NCBI GenBank assembly: GCA_963800215.1
Contig: CAWCZY010000019.1
Span: 92,782-156,781 of the forward strand
From: an uncultured Alphaproteobacteria bacterium
GTDB lineage: Bacteria; Pseudomonadota; Alphaproteobacteria; Rhizobiales; Xanthobacteraceae
Direction of reading: 5' to 3'
DNA: 64,000 bases
Each line of letters opens with the position of its first letter. Within the stretch, counting starts at the first letter, position 1. The notes under the pieces were generated by a model. That model searched no databases. It was given only the letters and a program-made list of their open reading frames with translations, and had not been told where the DNA came from. Shown here one piece after another: positions 53,728 to 64,000 of the stretch. A program made the translations under genes and the position numbers.

Positions 53728-53846
53728 TTCTCCCTCCCCTTGAAAAAGAGAGGGTTGGGGAGGGGATCGCGGTCCGCATGCTCGGCGCCTGCCATACGCC
53801 CGCGGACCCCCACCCCGACCCTCCCCCTGAAGAAGGGGAGGGGGCA
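53728..53846. repeat. composite CTCCCC/GGGGAG REP element immediately upstream of tpiA
   Basis: Two local hairpins (CCCTCCCC...GGGGAGGG). In addition, the long-range inverted arms GGTTGGGGAGGGGATCGCGGTCCGC and GCGGACCCCCACCCCGACCCTCCCC pair. Confidence 0.55.
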
Positions 53847-53868
53847 ACACTGTCCGTTGGGGAGTACG

Positions 53869-54618
53869 ATGACGGCACCGCGACGGCCATTGATCGCCGG
53901 CAACTGGAAGATGAACGGGCTACGGGCATCGGTGTCGGTGCTCGAACAGATCGTCCGCGATTCCCGCGATCTGCGCCGGCGCGTCGACCTCATGATCTGC
54001 CCGCCCGCGACCTTGATCATGTCCTTCGCCGCGGTCGCCGACGGCATCGCCATCGGCGGCCAGGATTGCCATACCGAACCCGCCGGCGCCTATACCGGCG
54101 ATATCTCGGCCGAAATGCTGGCCGACCTCGGGGCGAGCGCGGTGATCGTGGGGCATTCCGAGCGGCGCTCCTATCACCGCGAGACCGACGACGAGGTGCG
54201 GCGCAAGGCCATGGCGGCATGGCGCGCCGGCCTGCTGGCGATCCTGTGCGTCGGGGAATCCCAGGTCGACCGGGTGGCCGGGCGCACCCTCAAGACCGTC
54301 GGCGCCCAGCTCCAGGGGTCGCTGCCGGACCGGGCGCATCCGGACAATCTCGTCATCGCCTATGAGCCGGTATGGGCGATCGGCAGCGGACTGACACCCA
54401 CCCCCGCCGATGTGGCGGAGGTCCACGGCTTCATCCGGGCCCAGCTTGGCGCTCGGCTCGGCGCCGCGGGGCAGGGCGTGCGTATCCTCTATGGCGGGTC
54501 GGTCAAGCCCGCCAATGCCGGGGAATTGATGGCGGTCCCCGATGTCGACGGCGCACTGGTCGGTGGCGCGAGCCTCAAGGCGGAGGAATTTCTGGCGATT
54601 GCCGGCGCCTGCCGGTAA
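53869..54618 (+). CDS. tpiA: triose-phosphate isomerase
   Basis: ATG at 53869 preceded by GGGGAG, inside ORF 53698..54618. Motifs [26 protein letters not shown] and YGGSVKP. Confidence 0.95.
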   Translation: MTAPRRPLIAGNWKMNGLRASVSVLEQIVRDSRDLRRRVDLMICPPATLIMSFAAVADGIAIGGQDCHTEPAGAYTGDISAEMLADLGASAVIVGHSERRSYHRETDDEVRRKAMAAWRAGLLAILCVGESQVDRVAGRTLKTVGAQLQGSLPDRAHPDNLVIAYEPVWAIGSGLTPTPADVAEVHGFIRAQLGARLGAAGQGVRILYGGSVKPANAGELMAVPDVDGALVGGASLKAEEFLAIAGACR

Positions 54619-54707
54619 AGGGTTGCCGTCGGATTGCTCGGCTGGGCCGGAATTCTACTTCGCACATGGGGTTGTTTTCTACAAAAAGTGAAATGGCGGA
54701 GGAAAAC

Positions 54708-55469
54708 ATGAAGTTCAATTCACTGGCCACGACGGCGCTCATCCTGGCGACGGTGATCGCCACGCCCGGCCACAGCCGCGCGGCCGAGATCAAGGTCCTG
54801 TGCTCGAACGGATTCCAGGCTGTGATGGCCGTGCTCGGCCCGCAATATGAAAGGGCGAGCGGCAACAAGCTCGCGGTCAGCTACGGCCTCGCCGCCGTGC
54901 TGGGCCGGCAGATCGAAGGCGGCGAGAGCTTCGATCTCGCCATCCTGGCGCCGCCCCAGATCGACGGCCTCATCAAGCAGAACAAGATCGCGGTGGAGTC
55001 CCGCCTGGTGCTCGCGAAATCCGGCATGGGAGTGATGGTGCGCACCGGCGCGCCGAAACCCGATGTCAGCACCGTCGACGCCTTCAAGAAGACCCTCATC
55101 GGCGCCAGATCCATCGCGTTTCCGCCGCAGGGCCAGAGCGGCATCTATCTGGTCGGCCTGATCGAGCGTCTCGGCCTCACCGCGGCGTTGAAGGACAAGC
55201 TCAAGCCGATTGCCAGCGGCCCGCTGACCGGGGAGACCGTCGCCAAGGGTGAGGCGGAGATCGGCATCACGCCCATCGGGGAGCTGCTCGCGGTCAAGGG
55301 CGTCACCCTCGCCGGGCCGCTGCCGCCCGGGGTGCAGAACTACATCGTGCAGACCGCAGGCATCAGTCCCGCCGCCGCGCAGGGGGCGGCCGCGCGCGAG
55401 TTCCTGAAGTTCCTGGCGGCGCCGGAGAATGTTCCCGTGATCATCGAGAAGGGCATGGAGCCGGGCTGA
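54708..55469 (+). CDS. periplasmic substrate-binding protein (ModA/PBP2-like), with no ABC partners nearby
   Basis: ATG at 54708 preceded by GGAGG, inside ORF 54372..55469. Signal peptide ending SRAAE. Overall resemblance to molybdate/tungstate-type binding proteins. Confidence 0.75.
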   Translation: MKFNSLATTALILATVIATPGHSRAAEIKVLCSNGFQAVMAVLGPQYERASGNKLAVSYGLAAVLGRQIEGGESFDLAILAPPQIDGLIKQNKIAVESRLVLAKSGMGVMVRTGAPKPDVSTVDAFKKTLIGARSIAFPPQGQSGIYLVGLIERLGLTAALKDKLKPIASGPLTGETVAKGEAEIGITPIGELLAVKGVTLAGPLPPGVQNYIVQTAGISPAAAQGAAAREFLKFLAAPENVPVIIEKGMEPG

Positions 55470-55499
55470 ATGACAACTCTGATGGTTCCTTCAGTTTCA

Positions 55500-55620
55500 G
55501 CGTCATGCCCCGCGAAAGCGGGGCATCCAGTATCCCCGGCGCCATCGGTGGAACCGATGCCGTTCCCCAATCGCAGTCCCGTGGTTACTGGATCGCCCGG
55601 TCAAGCCGCGCGATGACAAC
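55500..55620. repeat. pair of GTCAT-hairpin REP elements
   Basis: GTCATGCCCCGCGAAAGCGGGGCATCCAG at 55502 and GTTACTGGATCGCCCGGTCAAGCCGCGCGATGACAAC at 55584. A related copy is at 62458. Confidence 0.5.
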
Positions 55621-55733
55621 GATGGGATGGAGCGTCGGCGTGACAGCTCTCGCGCAATGGTCGAGAACCGGCTTGGCGCGGCGGGGAGATAATTCTACGA
55701 TGATGCGGAGAAGCAATAATTCGGGAGGAGACC

Positions 55734-56454
55734 ATGGCTGACGATCCCATCGAACGGCGTCGAATTCCTGCTCGGCGCCGGGCTCGCCGGCACCGCCGTC
55801 GCGGCGGGGCTCGCCCCCGGACTGCCGGCGCCCGAGGCGCAGGCGCAGGCCGCGGCGGCCCAGGCGAGCAACACCGAGCCCGACACCTTCCTGGTGCTCA
55901 CCGCCACCGAGCAGGCGTTCCTCTCCGCCACCGCCGACACCATGATCCCGGCCGACGAATTGTCGCCCTCGGGCACCGCGTGCGGTGTCGTCATCTTCAT
56001 CGATCGGCAATTGGCGAGCGCCTGGGGCGGCGGCGCCAAGATGTATCGTGGCGGGCCCTTCCAGAAGGGAAAGCCGGAGCAGGGCTACCAGCTTTCCCTC
56101 ACCCCGCGCGAATTCTTCCAGGCCGGCATCGCCGCCGCTAATGATTGGTCGCGCGCGACCCACGGCAAGGATTTCGACCGGCTCTCGGTGGCCGACCGCA
56201 ACGCGGCGCTGACGGCGATGCAGGAGGGCAAGGCGGAATTCCGCGGTTTCTCCTCGCGCGCCTTTTTCGGCCAGCTCCTCGCCATCACCATGCAAGGCTT
56301 CTTCTCCGATCCGATCTACGGCGGCAACCGCAACAAGGTGTCGTGGCAGATGCTCGGCTTTCCCGGCCTGCCCGCCACCTATGCCGACAAGATCGACGCC
56401 TATCGCGACAAGCGCTATGTCGCGCCGCCGCAGTCGATCTCGGACTTTTCATAA
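55734..56454 (+). pseudogene. gluconate 2-dehydrogenase subunit 3 family protein (Tat signal) with a +1 frameshift near 55761
   Basis: ATG at 55734 gives MADDPIERR. One base later the frame of ORF 55894..56454 reads EFLLGAGLAGTAVAAG, so RREFLLGAG (the Tat motif) is split. The rest of the protein is intact. Confidence 0.8.
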
Positions 56455-56466
56455 GGGAGCCGCGTC

Positions 56467-58236
56467 ATGGCAACGCGATTGAAGGAAGTCGATGCGGTCA
56501 TGGTCGGCATGGGCTGGACCGGGGCCATCCTCGCCCGCGAGCTGAGCAAGGCCGGCCTCGACGTGGTCGGCCTCGAGCGCGGGCAGGACCGCACCCCCGG
56601 CGAGGATTTCATCCTGCCGAGCGTGCGCGACGAGATGAAATATGCCCAGCGTCTCGAGCTGATGTCGGACAATTCCATCGACACCATCACGTTCCGCAAC
56701 GCGCCCGCGGAGACGGCGCTGCCGATCCGCCGCTGGGGCGCGTTCCTGCCGGGCGAGGGCGTCGGCGGCTCCGGCATCCATTGGGGCGGGCTGCATTGGC
56801 GCAATTTGCCGACCGATTTCCGCATCCGCTCCGCGCTCGCCGAACGTTATGGCGCCAAAGCGATACCGGACGACATGACCATCACCGACTGGCCGGTGAG
56901 CTATGACGAGCTCGAGCCCTATTACGACCGCTTCGACAAGCTGTGCGGGGTGTCCGGCAAGGCCGGCAATCTGCGCGGCAAGATCATCGCCGGCGGCAAT
57001 CCGTTCGAAGGGGCGCGCAGCAACGAATACCCGAACCAGCCGATCAAGTCCTCCCGCGCCGGCCTGATGTTCGCCGATGCCGCGAAGAGCCTCGGCTATC
57101 ACCCGTTCCCGATCCCGTGCGCGATCTCCAGCGCGGCTTACAAGAACGTCGAGGGCGTCACCCTGGGCGCCTGCGAATATTGCGGCTACTGCAACCGCAT
57201 GGCGTGCGAGACCAACGCCAAGGCCTCGGCCAACTCGACGGTGATGCCGGTGCTGCGCTACGAGCCGAAATTCGAGTTGCGCACCCGCGCCTTCGTCACC
57301 AAGCTCATCTACGACAAGCCGGGCAAGAAGATCACCGGCGTGCTCTACACGGATTTGCGCACCGGCGAGGAATACGAGCAGCCGGCCGGCATCGTGGTGC
57401 TGTCGTCATTCGTGTTCGGCAACACCCAGCAGCTGCTGCTCGCGGGCATCGGCGAGCCCTATGACGCCACCACCGGCAGGGGCGTCGTCGGCAGGAACTA
57501 CGCCTATCAGTTCGAGGCCGGCGCCGAGGCCTTTTTCGAAGACAGGGAAATGAACCCGTTCATGGGCAGTGCCGGCATGAACGTGGCCATCGACGACTTC
57601 AACGGCGAGAATTTCGACCACGCCGGGCTCGGCTTTTTCGGCGGCGGCTATTTCACCTGCGGGCAGGCGGGCGCCCCGCCGATCGGGGGGCGCGCGGTGC
57701 CGCACGGCACGCCGGCCTGGGGCTCGGATTGGAAGCGCGCGACGGTGAAATGGTATCACCACTTCGCCCGCTTCAATACCCAGGGCTCGGTCTACGCCAA
57801 CCGCAGCAACTTCATCGACCTCGACCCCGTCTACAAGGATGCGCTGGGCCGGCCGCTGGCGCGGCTCACCTATAACGGCACCGACAACGACCACGCGATG
57901 TCGCGCTACCTCCTGGCCAGGCTGGAGGGCATCATCAAGGCGATGAACCCGACCCATTACGAGATGCACTCGCGGCCGCGCAACTTCACCATCGTGCCGT
58001 ACCAGTCGACCCACAACACCGGCGGCACCATGATGGGCGCCGACCCGAAATCGAGCGTGGTGAACCGTTATCTGCAGTCGTGGGACGCCCACAATCTCTT
58101 CATCCAGGGCGCGTCGGTATTCCCGCAGCAGCACGGCTACAACCCGACCGGCACCGTGGGCGCGCTCGCCTACTGGTCGGCCAACGCCATCGTGTCGCAA
58201 TATCTCAAGAAGCCGGGCCCGCTGGTTGCGGCCTGA
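56467..58236 (+). CDS. GMC family FAD-dependent oxidoreductase (large subunit)
   Basis: ORF 56467..58236. N-terminal FAD fold DAVMVGMGWTGAILARELSKAG. C-terminal HNTGGTMMG and GASVFPQ motifs. Confidence 0.92.
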   Translation: MATRLKEVDAVMVGMGWTGAILARELSKAGLDVVGLERGQDRTPGEDFILPSVRDEMKYAQRLELMSDNSIDTITFRNAPAETALPIRRWGAFLPGEGVGGSGIHWGGLHWRNLPTDFRIRSALAERYGAKAIPDDMTITDWPVSYDELEPYYDRFDKLCGVSGKAGNLRGKIIAGGNPFEGARSNEYPNQPIKSSRAGLMFADAAKSLGYHPFPIPCAISSAAYKNVEGVTLGACEYCGYCNRMACETNAKASANSTVMPVLRYEPKFELRTRAFVTKLIYDKPGKKITGVLYTDLRTGEEYEQPAGIVVLSSFVFGNTQQLLLAGIGEPYDATTGRGVVGRNYAYQFEAGAEAFFEDREMNPFMGSAGMNVAIDDFNGENFDHAGLGFFGGGYFTCGQAGAPPIGGRAVPHGTPAWGSDWKRATVKWYHHFARFNTQGSVYANRSNFIDLDPVYKDALGRPLARLTYNGTDNDHAMSRYLLARLEGIIKAMNPTHYEMHSRPRNFTIVPYQSTHNTGGTMMGADPKSSVVNRYLQSWDAHNLFIQGASVFPQQHGYNPTGTVGALAYWSANAIVSQYLKKPGPLVAA

Positions 58237-58255
58237 TATCGGGAGCGAAGTGAAG

Positions 58256-58624
58256 ATGACGACAGTAATGTTCCGTGCCGGCGCCGCCGCGCTGATGTGC
58301 ATTTTCGCCGGCGGGGCGGCGCTCGCCGCCGATGCCGATCACGGCAAGCAGCTGTTCGTGGCCTGCGCCGCCTGCCACAACGAGAAGTCGGACGGAATCG
58401 GACCGAACCTCAAGGGCGTCTACGGCCGCAAATCCGCCGCGCTCGATGATTTCCGCTATTCCAACCCGATGAAGCGCGCGAACCTCGTGTGGAACGCGGA
58501 GAACCTGCGCGCCTATCTGATCGACCCGCAGTCCAAGGTGAAGGGCAACCGCATGCCGTTCGGCGGCGTCGCCAATCCGCAGGAAGCCGACGACCTCGTC
58601 GCGTACCTCGCGACCTACAAATAG
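58256..58624 (+). CDS. monohaem class I cytochrome c
   Basis: ATG at 58256 inside ORF 58226..58624. Signal peptide, CAACH, and a distal Met in GNRMPFGG. Confidence 0.88.
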   Translation: MTTVMFRAGAAALMCIFAGGAALAADADHGKQLFVACAACHNEKSDGIGPNLKGVYGRKSAALDDFRYSNPMKRANLVWNAENLRAYLIDPQSKVKGNRMPFGGVANPQEADDLVAYLATYK

Positions 58625-58669
58625 TTGGGCGGGACGGGCTTGGCCTTACCATCCCGTGAAAGGAAGCGG

Positions 58670-58810
58670 ATGAAACCTCGATCCATGCGCCGGCGCGGCT
58701 TTGCCGCCCTGGCAGGTTCGCTCGCGCTCTGCGCATCGTCGTTCCCTTCACTCCGGGCAGCCGGACCGAGATTCTCGGCCGCGCCTATGCCGAAAAGCTG
58801 CAGGAGAGGG
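58670..58810 (+). pseudogene. degenerate N-terminal fragment of a Bug/TctC gene
   Basis: ATG at 58670 after AGGAAG gives MKPRSMRRRGFAALAGSLALCA. A different frame then reads RIVVPFTPGSRTEILGRAYAEKLQERG, after which similarity ends. Confidence 0.4.
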
Positions 58811-58950
58811 GCGCAAGCCACAGGCACGCTTGCTCGAGCGCCTCGGGCACATCCTTCGAGGCTCGCGCGAAGAGCGCGAGCGCCTCAGCATGACGAGTCA
58901 TGGGTAATGTTAAAGGCTGGTTTGCGCAGCCGACTTCGAAAGGGACAGCC

Positions 58951-59922
58951 ATGGTCAAGCTGACGCGGCGATCGCTGGTCGCCACCGCTGCGCTCGCACC
59001 GTTCGCCGCGCGGGCGCAGGGCTGGCCGTCCGGCACCATCCGCCTGGTGGTGCCGTTTCCGCCGGGCGGATCGGTCGACGCGATCGCGCGGATGGCGCAG
59101 ACCGGGCTGCAGCAGCGGCTCGGCGCAAATGTGATCATCGAGAACCGGACCGGCGCTTCCGGCAGCACCGGCACCGGCATGGTCGCCAAGGCGCCGCCGG
59201 ACGGCATGACCTGGCTGTTCGTGTTCGACACCCACGCCGTCAACCCGTTCCTGTTGCCGAACCTCGCATTCGATACCGAGAAGGACCTCGACCCCGTCCT
59301 CCTCATCGGCACCGCGCCCAATGTGCTGTGCGCCCATCCGTCACGGCCCTACCTGTCGCTCGGCGACGTGATCACGGCGGCAAAGGCGAAGCCGGAGACG
59401 ATCACCTACGGCACCATCGGCGCAGGCAGCATCGGCCATTTGAGCATGACGATGCTGTCGAACCGGGCAGGGGTGAAGCTCGTCCACGTGCCCTATCGCG
59501 GCGGCGGCCCGCTGCTCAACGACACCATCGCCGGCCACGTGGACCTCACCATGGCCTCGACCCGACTGCTGGGCCCGCATTTGTCCGGCGGCAAGACCCG
59601 CCCGCTGGCCCACACGGGAAAGACGCGGCTCGCCGATTTCCCCTCCATTCCCACCGTGATGGAGGAAGGCTTTCCCGGTTTCGAGACCTATGCCTGGTGG
59701 GGCGTGTTCGCGCCGGCGGGGACGCAGAAGCCGATCGTGGACCGGTTCGGCGCCGCTCTCGTGGCCTCGCTGCGCGAGGAGCACGTCGCCCGGCAACTCG
59801 TCGAAACCCAGCTGATCGCCCTGTCGCTCGGCGGACCCGAGACGCTGCGGACGTTCCTCGGGGAACAGATGCGGTTGTGGAGTCAAGTCATCCGCGACAA
59901 CAACATCAAGGGGGATGCGTAG
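58951..59922 (+). CDS. Bug/TctC family substrate-binding protein
   Basis: ATG at 58951 inside ORF 58900..59922. Signal peptide, then IRLVVPFPPGGSVDAIARM and HVPYRGGGP. Confidence 0.9.
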   Translation: MVKLTRRSLVATAALAPFAARAQGWPSGTIRLVVPFPPGGSVDAIARMAQTGLQQRLGANVIIENRTGASGSTGTGMVAKAPPDGMTWLFVFDTHAVNPFLLPNLAFDTEKDLDPVLLIGTAPNVLCAHPSRPYLSLGDVITAAKAKPETITYGTIGAGSIGHLSMTMLSNRAGVKLVHVPYRGGGPLLNDTIAGHVDLTMASTRLLGPHLSGGKTRPLAHTGKTRLADFPSIPTVMEEGFPGFETYAWWGVFAPAGTQKPIVDRFGAALVASLREEHVARQLVETQLIALSLGGPETLRTFLGEQMRLWSQVIRDNNIKGDA

Positions 59923-59929
59923 GCCCCCC

Positions 59930-60045
59930 TTTTTCCCCTCCCCGTTTTCGGGGAGGGGTGGGGTGGGGTGGGGTGGGATCTTCCTCGCCAAGCACGACGC
60001 CGTGGAAAAGCCTCCACCCCGGCCCTCCCCGAAAACGGGGAGGAA
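59930..60045. repeat. composite CTCCCC/GGGGAG REP element containing a (GGGGT)n tract
   Basis: Hairpins CCCCTCCCCGTTTTCGGGGAGGGG and CCCTCCCCGAAAACGGGGAGG flank GGGGTGGGGTGGGGTGGGGTGGG. Same architecture as the element at 53728. Confidence 0.55.
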
Positions 60046-60160
60046 GTCCGGCTGGAAATGGCCGGGCGGATCGTGTAATGACCCCGGCAGCTTCCTATAT
60101 GATCCCGGTTGGCGGCGCCATGGCGCGGCGCTGCCCGCTGGCTGAAGAGAAAACAACGCA

Positions 60161-60565
60161 ATGCTGACGGTGGTTATCGTAATTCATCTGATGATCGTGC
60201 TCGCCCTGATCGGGGTCGTGCTCCTGCAGAAGTCGGAGGGCGGCGGCCTCGGCATGGGCGGCGGGGGCGGCGGCGGGTTCCTGTCCAGCCGCGGCACTGC
60301 CAATGTCCTGACCCGCACGACGGCGATCCTGGCATTGGGCTTTTTCATCACCAGCCTGATGCTTTCGGTGCTGGCGGGGCTCGATCGCAAGCCGCGTTCC
60401 ATCATCACTCCGGGCGGAACGCCCGCCTCGGCACCGGCCCCCGGGTCGCCCGCGCCGCTCGGGGGGGGCGGCGGGCTGCTCGATACGTTGCGCGGGGGCG
60501 AACCGGCGCCGCCGGCTCCTGCCGGGGCGCCACCTTCGGAACCGCAAGTTCCGCGGTCACAATAG
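60161..60565 (+). CDS. secG: preprotein translocase subunit SecG
   Basis: ORF 60161..60565. N-terminal TM, LLQKSEGGGLG, a second TM, and a Pro/Gly-rich tail. Confidence 0.9.
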   Translation: MLTVVIVIHLMIVLALIGVVLLQKSEGGGLGMGGGGGGGFLSSRGTANVLTRTTAILALGFFITSLMLSVLAGLDRKPRSIITPGGTPASAPAPGSPAPLGGGGGLLDTLRGGEPAPPAPAGAPPSEPQVPRSQ

Positions 60566-60576
60566 TCCAGACGCCA

Positions 60577-60606
60577 AAGGGCCGGGGTTCCGGCCCTTCG
60601 GTTTTT
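60577..60606 (+). terminator. rho-independent terminator after secG
   Basis: AAGGGCCGG, GGTT loop, CCGGCCCTT, then CGGTTTTT. Confidence 0.7.
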
Positions 60607-60753
60607 GCGGGTCAGCCAAGCGTTCCCGCTGGGCCTCGGGCGAGCCGGCAAAGGCTTGATTGGTCAACAGAAAGGCAGCATGTCGAACAACGCATTGGAT
60701 AACGTCCGCATGGCGCCGGTTTCGCTCTCGTCGAATCGCCGGCCGCGGGATAG

Positions 60754-62394
<1,641 letters not shown>

Positions 62395-62457
62395 GCGCCA
62401 TCGACCGCTTATTGACCGCAGCTGCTCGGACCGCCAAGGTCTTCGACAACGTACGTT

Positions 62458-62537
62458 GCTGTCATCGCCCGGCTTGACCGGGCGATCGAGCAAACATCGA
62501 CCGTGAGTACTGGATTGCCCGGTCAGGCAATGACAGC
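62458..62537. repeat. GTCAT-hairpin REP elements upstream of kdsA
   Basis: GTCATCGCCCGGCTTGACCGGGCGATC and TACTGGATTGCCCGGTCAGGCAATGACAGC. Confidence 0.5.
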
Positions 62538-62568
62538 AATGAGGTCGGTTCATCTCGGGACCCGTCGA

Positions 62569-63426
62569 ATGAACGTGCTGGAAACGCCTTCGCCCAACCC
62601 GATCGTCGCCGCCGGCGCGGTGCGGTTCGGCAACGACCTGCCGCTGGCGCTGATCGCGGGGCCGTGCGCGCTGGAGAGCCGCGGCCATGCCCTCGAGATG
62701 GCGGCGGCGCTCAAGGAGATCGCGGCGCGGCTCGGCATCGGGTTCGTCTACAAGACCTCGTTCGACAAGGCGAACCGCACCAGCGCCGCCAGCGCCCGCG
62801 GCATCGGCCTCGACGAGGCGCTGCCGATCTTCGCCGAGATCCGCGCCTCGCTGGGCATTCCCGTGCTCACCGACGTGCACGAGCACGAGCAATGCGCCCG
62901 CGTCGCGCAGGCCGTCGACGTGCTGCAAATCCCGGCGTTCCTGTGCCGGCAGACCGATCTCCTCATCGCCGCCGCCCGCACCGGCAAGATCGTCAACGTC
63001 AAGAAGGGGCAGTTCCTCGCGCCCTGGGACATGGCCAACGTGGTCGCCAAGATCACCGGCGCCGGCAATGCCGACGTGCTGGTGACCGAGCGCGGCGTCA
63101 CGTTCGGCTACAACACCCTGGTCTCCGACATGCGCGCGCTGCCGATCCTCGCCCGCACCACCGGGGCGCCGGTGATCTTCGACGCCACCCATTCGGTGCA
63201 GCAGCCCGGCGGACGCGGCGGCAGTTCCGGCGGCGAGCGCGAATTCGTGCCGGTGCTCGCCCGTGCCGCGGTTGCCGTCGGCGTCGCCGGCGTCTTCATC
63301 GAGACCCACCAGGACCCCGACCGCGCCCCCTCGGACGGGCCCAACATGGTTCCCTTGAAGGAGATGGAGGGGTTGCTGCGCCGGCTGATGGCGTTCGACC
63401 GGGTCGCGAAAGACGCCAAACGATGA
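62569..63426 (+). CDS. kdsA: 3-deoxy-8-phosphooctulonate synthase
   Basis: ATG at 62569 inside ORF 62503..63426. Motifs [33 protein letters not shown] and FDATHSVQ. Confidence 0.95.
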   Translation: MNVLETPSPNPIVAAGAVRFGNDLPLALIAGPCALESRGHALEMAAALKEIAARLGIGFVYKTSFDKANRTSAASARGIGLDEALPIFAEIRASLGIPVLTDVHEHEQCARVAQAVDVLQIPAFLCRQTDLLIAAARTGKIVNVKKGQFLAPWDMANVVAKITGAGNADVLVTERGVTFGYNTLVSDMRALPILARTTGAPVIFDATHSVQQPGGRGGSSGGEREFVPVLARAAVAVGVAGVFIETHQDPDRAPSDGPNMVPLKEMEGLLRRLMAFDRVAKDAKR

Positions 63427-64000
63427 CGGTTCCGTCCGGGCCTGCCGGCCCGGCAGCGGCCGCGGTGCGGCGGGTGCTGGTCGTCGCCGCCTTCGCGAAT
63501 TTCTCCTCGAGCCTGTTCATGCGGGCGATCGATCCGCTGGTGCCGCAAGTCGCCGCCGACATGGCGACCGATCCGGCGACGGTGGCGCTGCTGACCACGG
63601 CGTTCGCCTTGCCCTATGCGGTGCTGCAGCCGGTGCTCGGCCCGTTGGCCGACATGATCGGCAAGACCCGGCTGATGACGATCTGTGTCGCGCTTTTGGT
63701 GGTGAACGCCTTCGCCGGCGCACTCGCGCCCAATTTCGCCTTCCTGTTCGCGACGCGGGTCGCGACCGGCGCCGCCGCCGGCGGCATCTTCCCGACCGCG
63801 CTGGCGCTCGCCGCCGATCTCGTGCCGGTCCAGCAGCGCCAGGTCGCGGTCAGCCGCCTGCTCGCCGCGGGCATGCTCGGCAATCTGCTCGGCACCCCCG
63901 GTGCCGGCCTGATCGGCGATCTCCTGGGATGGCGGGCGTTCCTGGTGTTCGTCGGCATCTTGTGCGCGGGCGCCCTGGTGACCGCCATCATCGGTTTTCG
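63423..64000 (+). CDS. MFS transporter, 5' partial (runs off the window)
   Basis: Not in the ORF track because it has no stop. Hand translation from the ATG at 63423 (an ATGA overlap with the kdsA stop) gives [46 protein letters not shown]...[11 protein letters not shown] with repeated hydrophobic segments. Confidence 0.75.
   Translation, partial: MTVPSGPAGPAAAAVRRVLVVAAFANFSSSLFMRAIDPLVPQVAADMATDPATVALLTTAFALPYAVLQPVLGPLADMIGKTRLMTICVALLVVNAFAGALAPNFAFLFATRVATGAAAGGIFPTALALAADLVPVQQRQVAVSRLLAAGMLGNLLGTPGAGLIGDLLGWRAFLVFVGILCAGALVTAIIGF

Overview
High-GC (about 65%) chromosomal core region of an alphaproteobacterium. Gene content, synteny and the intergenic palindromic repeats fit Hyphomicrobiales, Bradyrhizobiaceae/Xanthobacteraceae-like. 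The conserved backbone is hppA, bamE, yceD-plsX-fabH-ihfA-merR, gltA, gltX/glnS, comEC, lexA, moeA-moaC-trpC-trpD-trpG, trpE-ppiD, tpiA, secG, pyrG and kdsA. Between these sit small accessory insertions:
- four type II toxin-antitoxin loci (vapBC, hicAB, a parDE-like pair and an orphan phd);
- a multicopper-oxidase / haem-propeller / di-haem peroxidase cluster;
- a deacetylase plus formyltransferase pair;
- a 1096-aa TPR-GT41-NodZ-like triple-domain glycosyltransferase;
- a three-subunit flavocytochrome dehydrogenase;
- two Bug/TctC binding proteins plus a Bug remnant;
- an acidic tandem-repeat secreted protein;
- a porin that appears to fuse two beta-barrel domains.

No tRNA, rRNA, CRISPR array, transposase or integrase was found. 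At least three families of REP-like palindromic repeats fill intergenic gaps. About a dozen conserved genes carry single-base frame disruptions (pyrG has three, ppiD two), and glnS has one in-frame TAG. These most likely reflect consensus errors in the assembly, but that needs checking against reads. I found no clear novel multi-gene system. The strongest candidates are the triple-domain glycosyltransferase and the periplasmic oxidase cluster.
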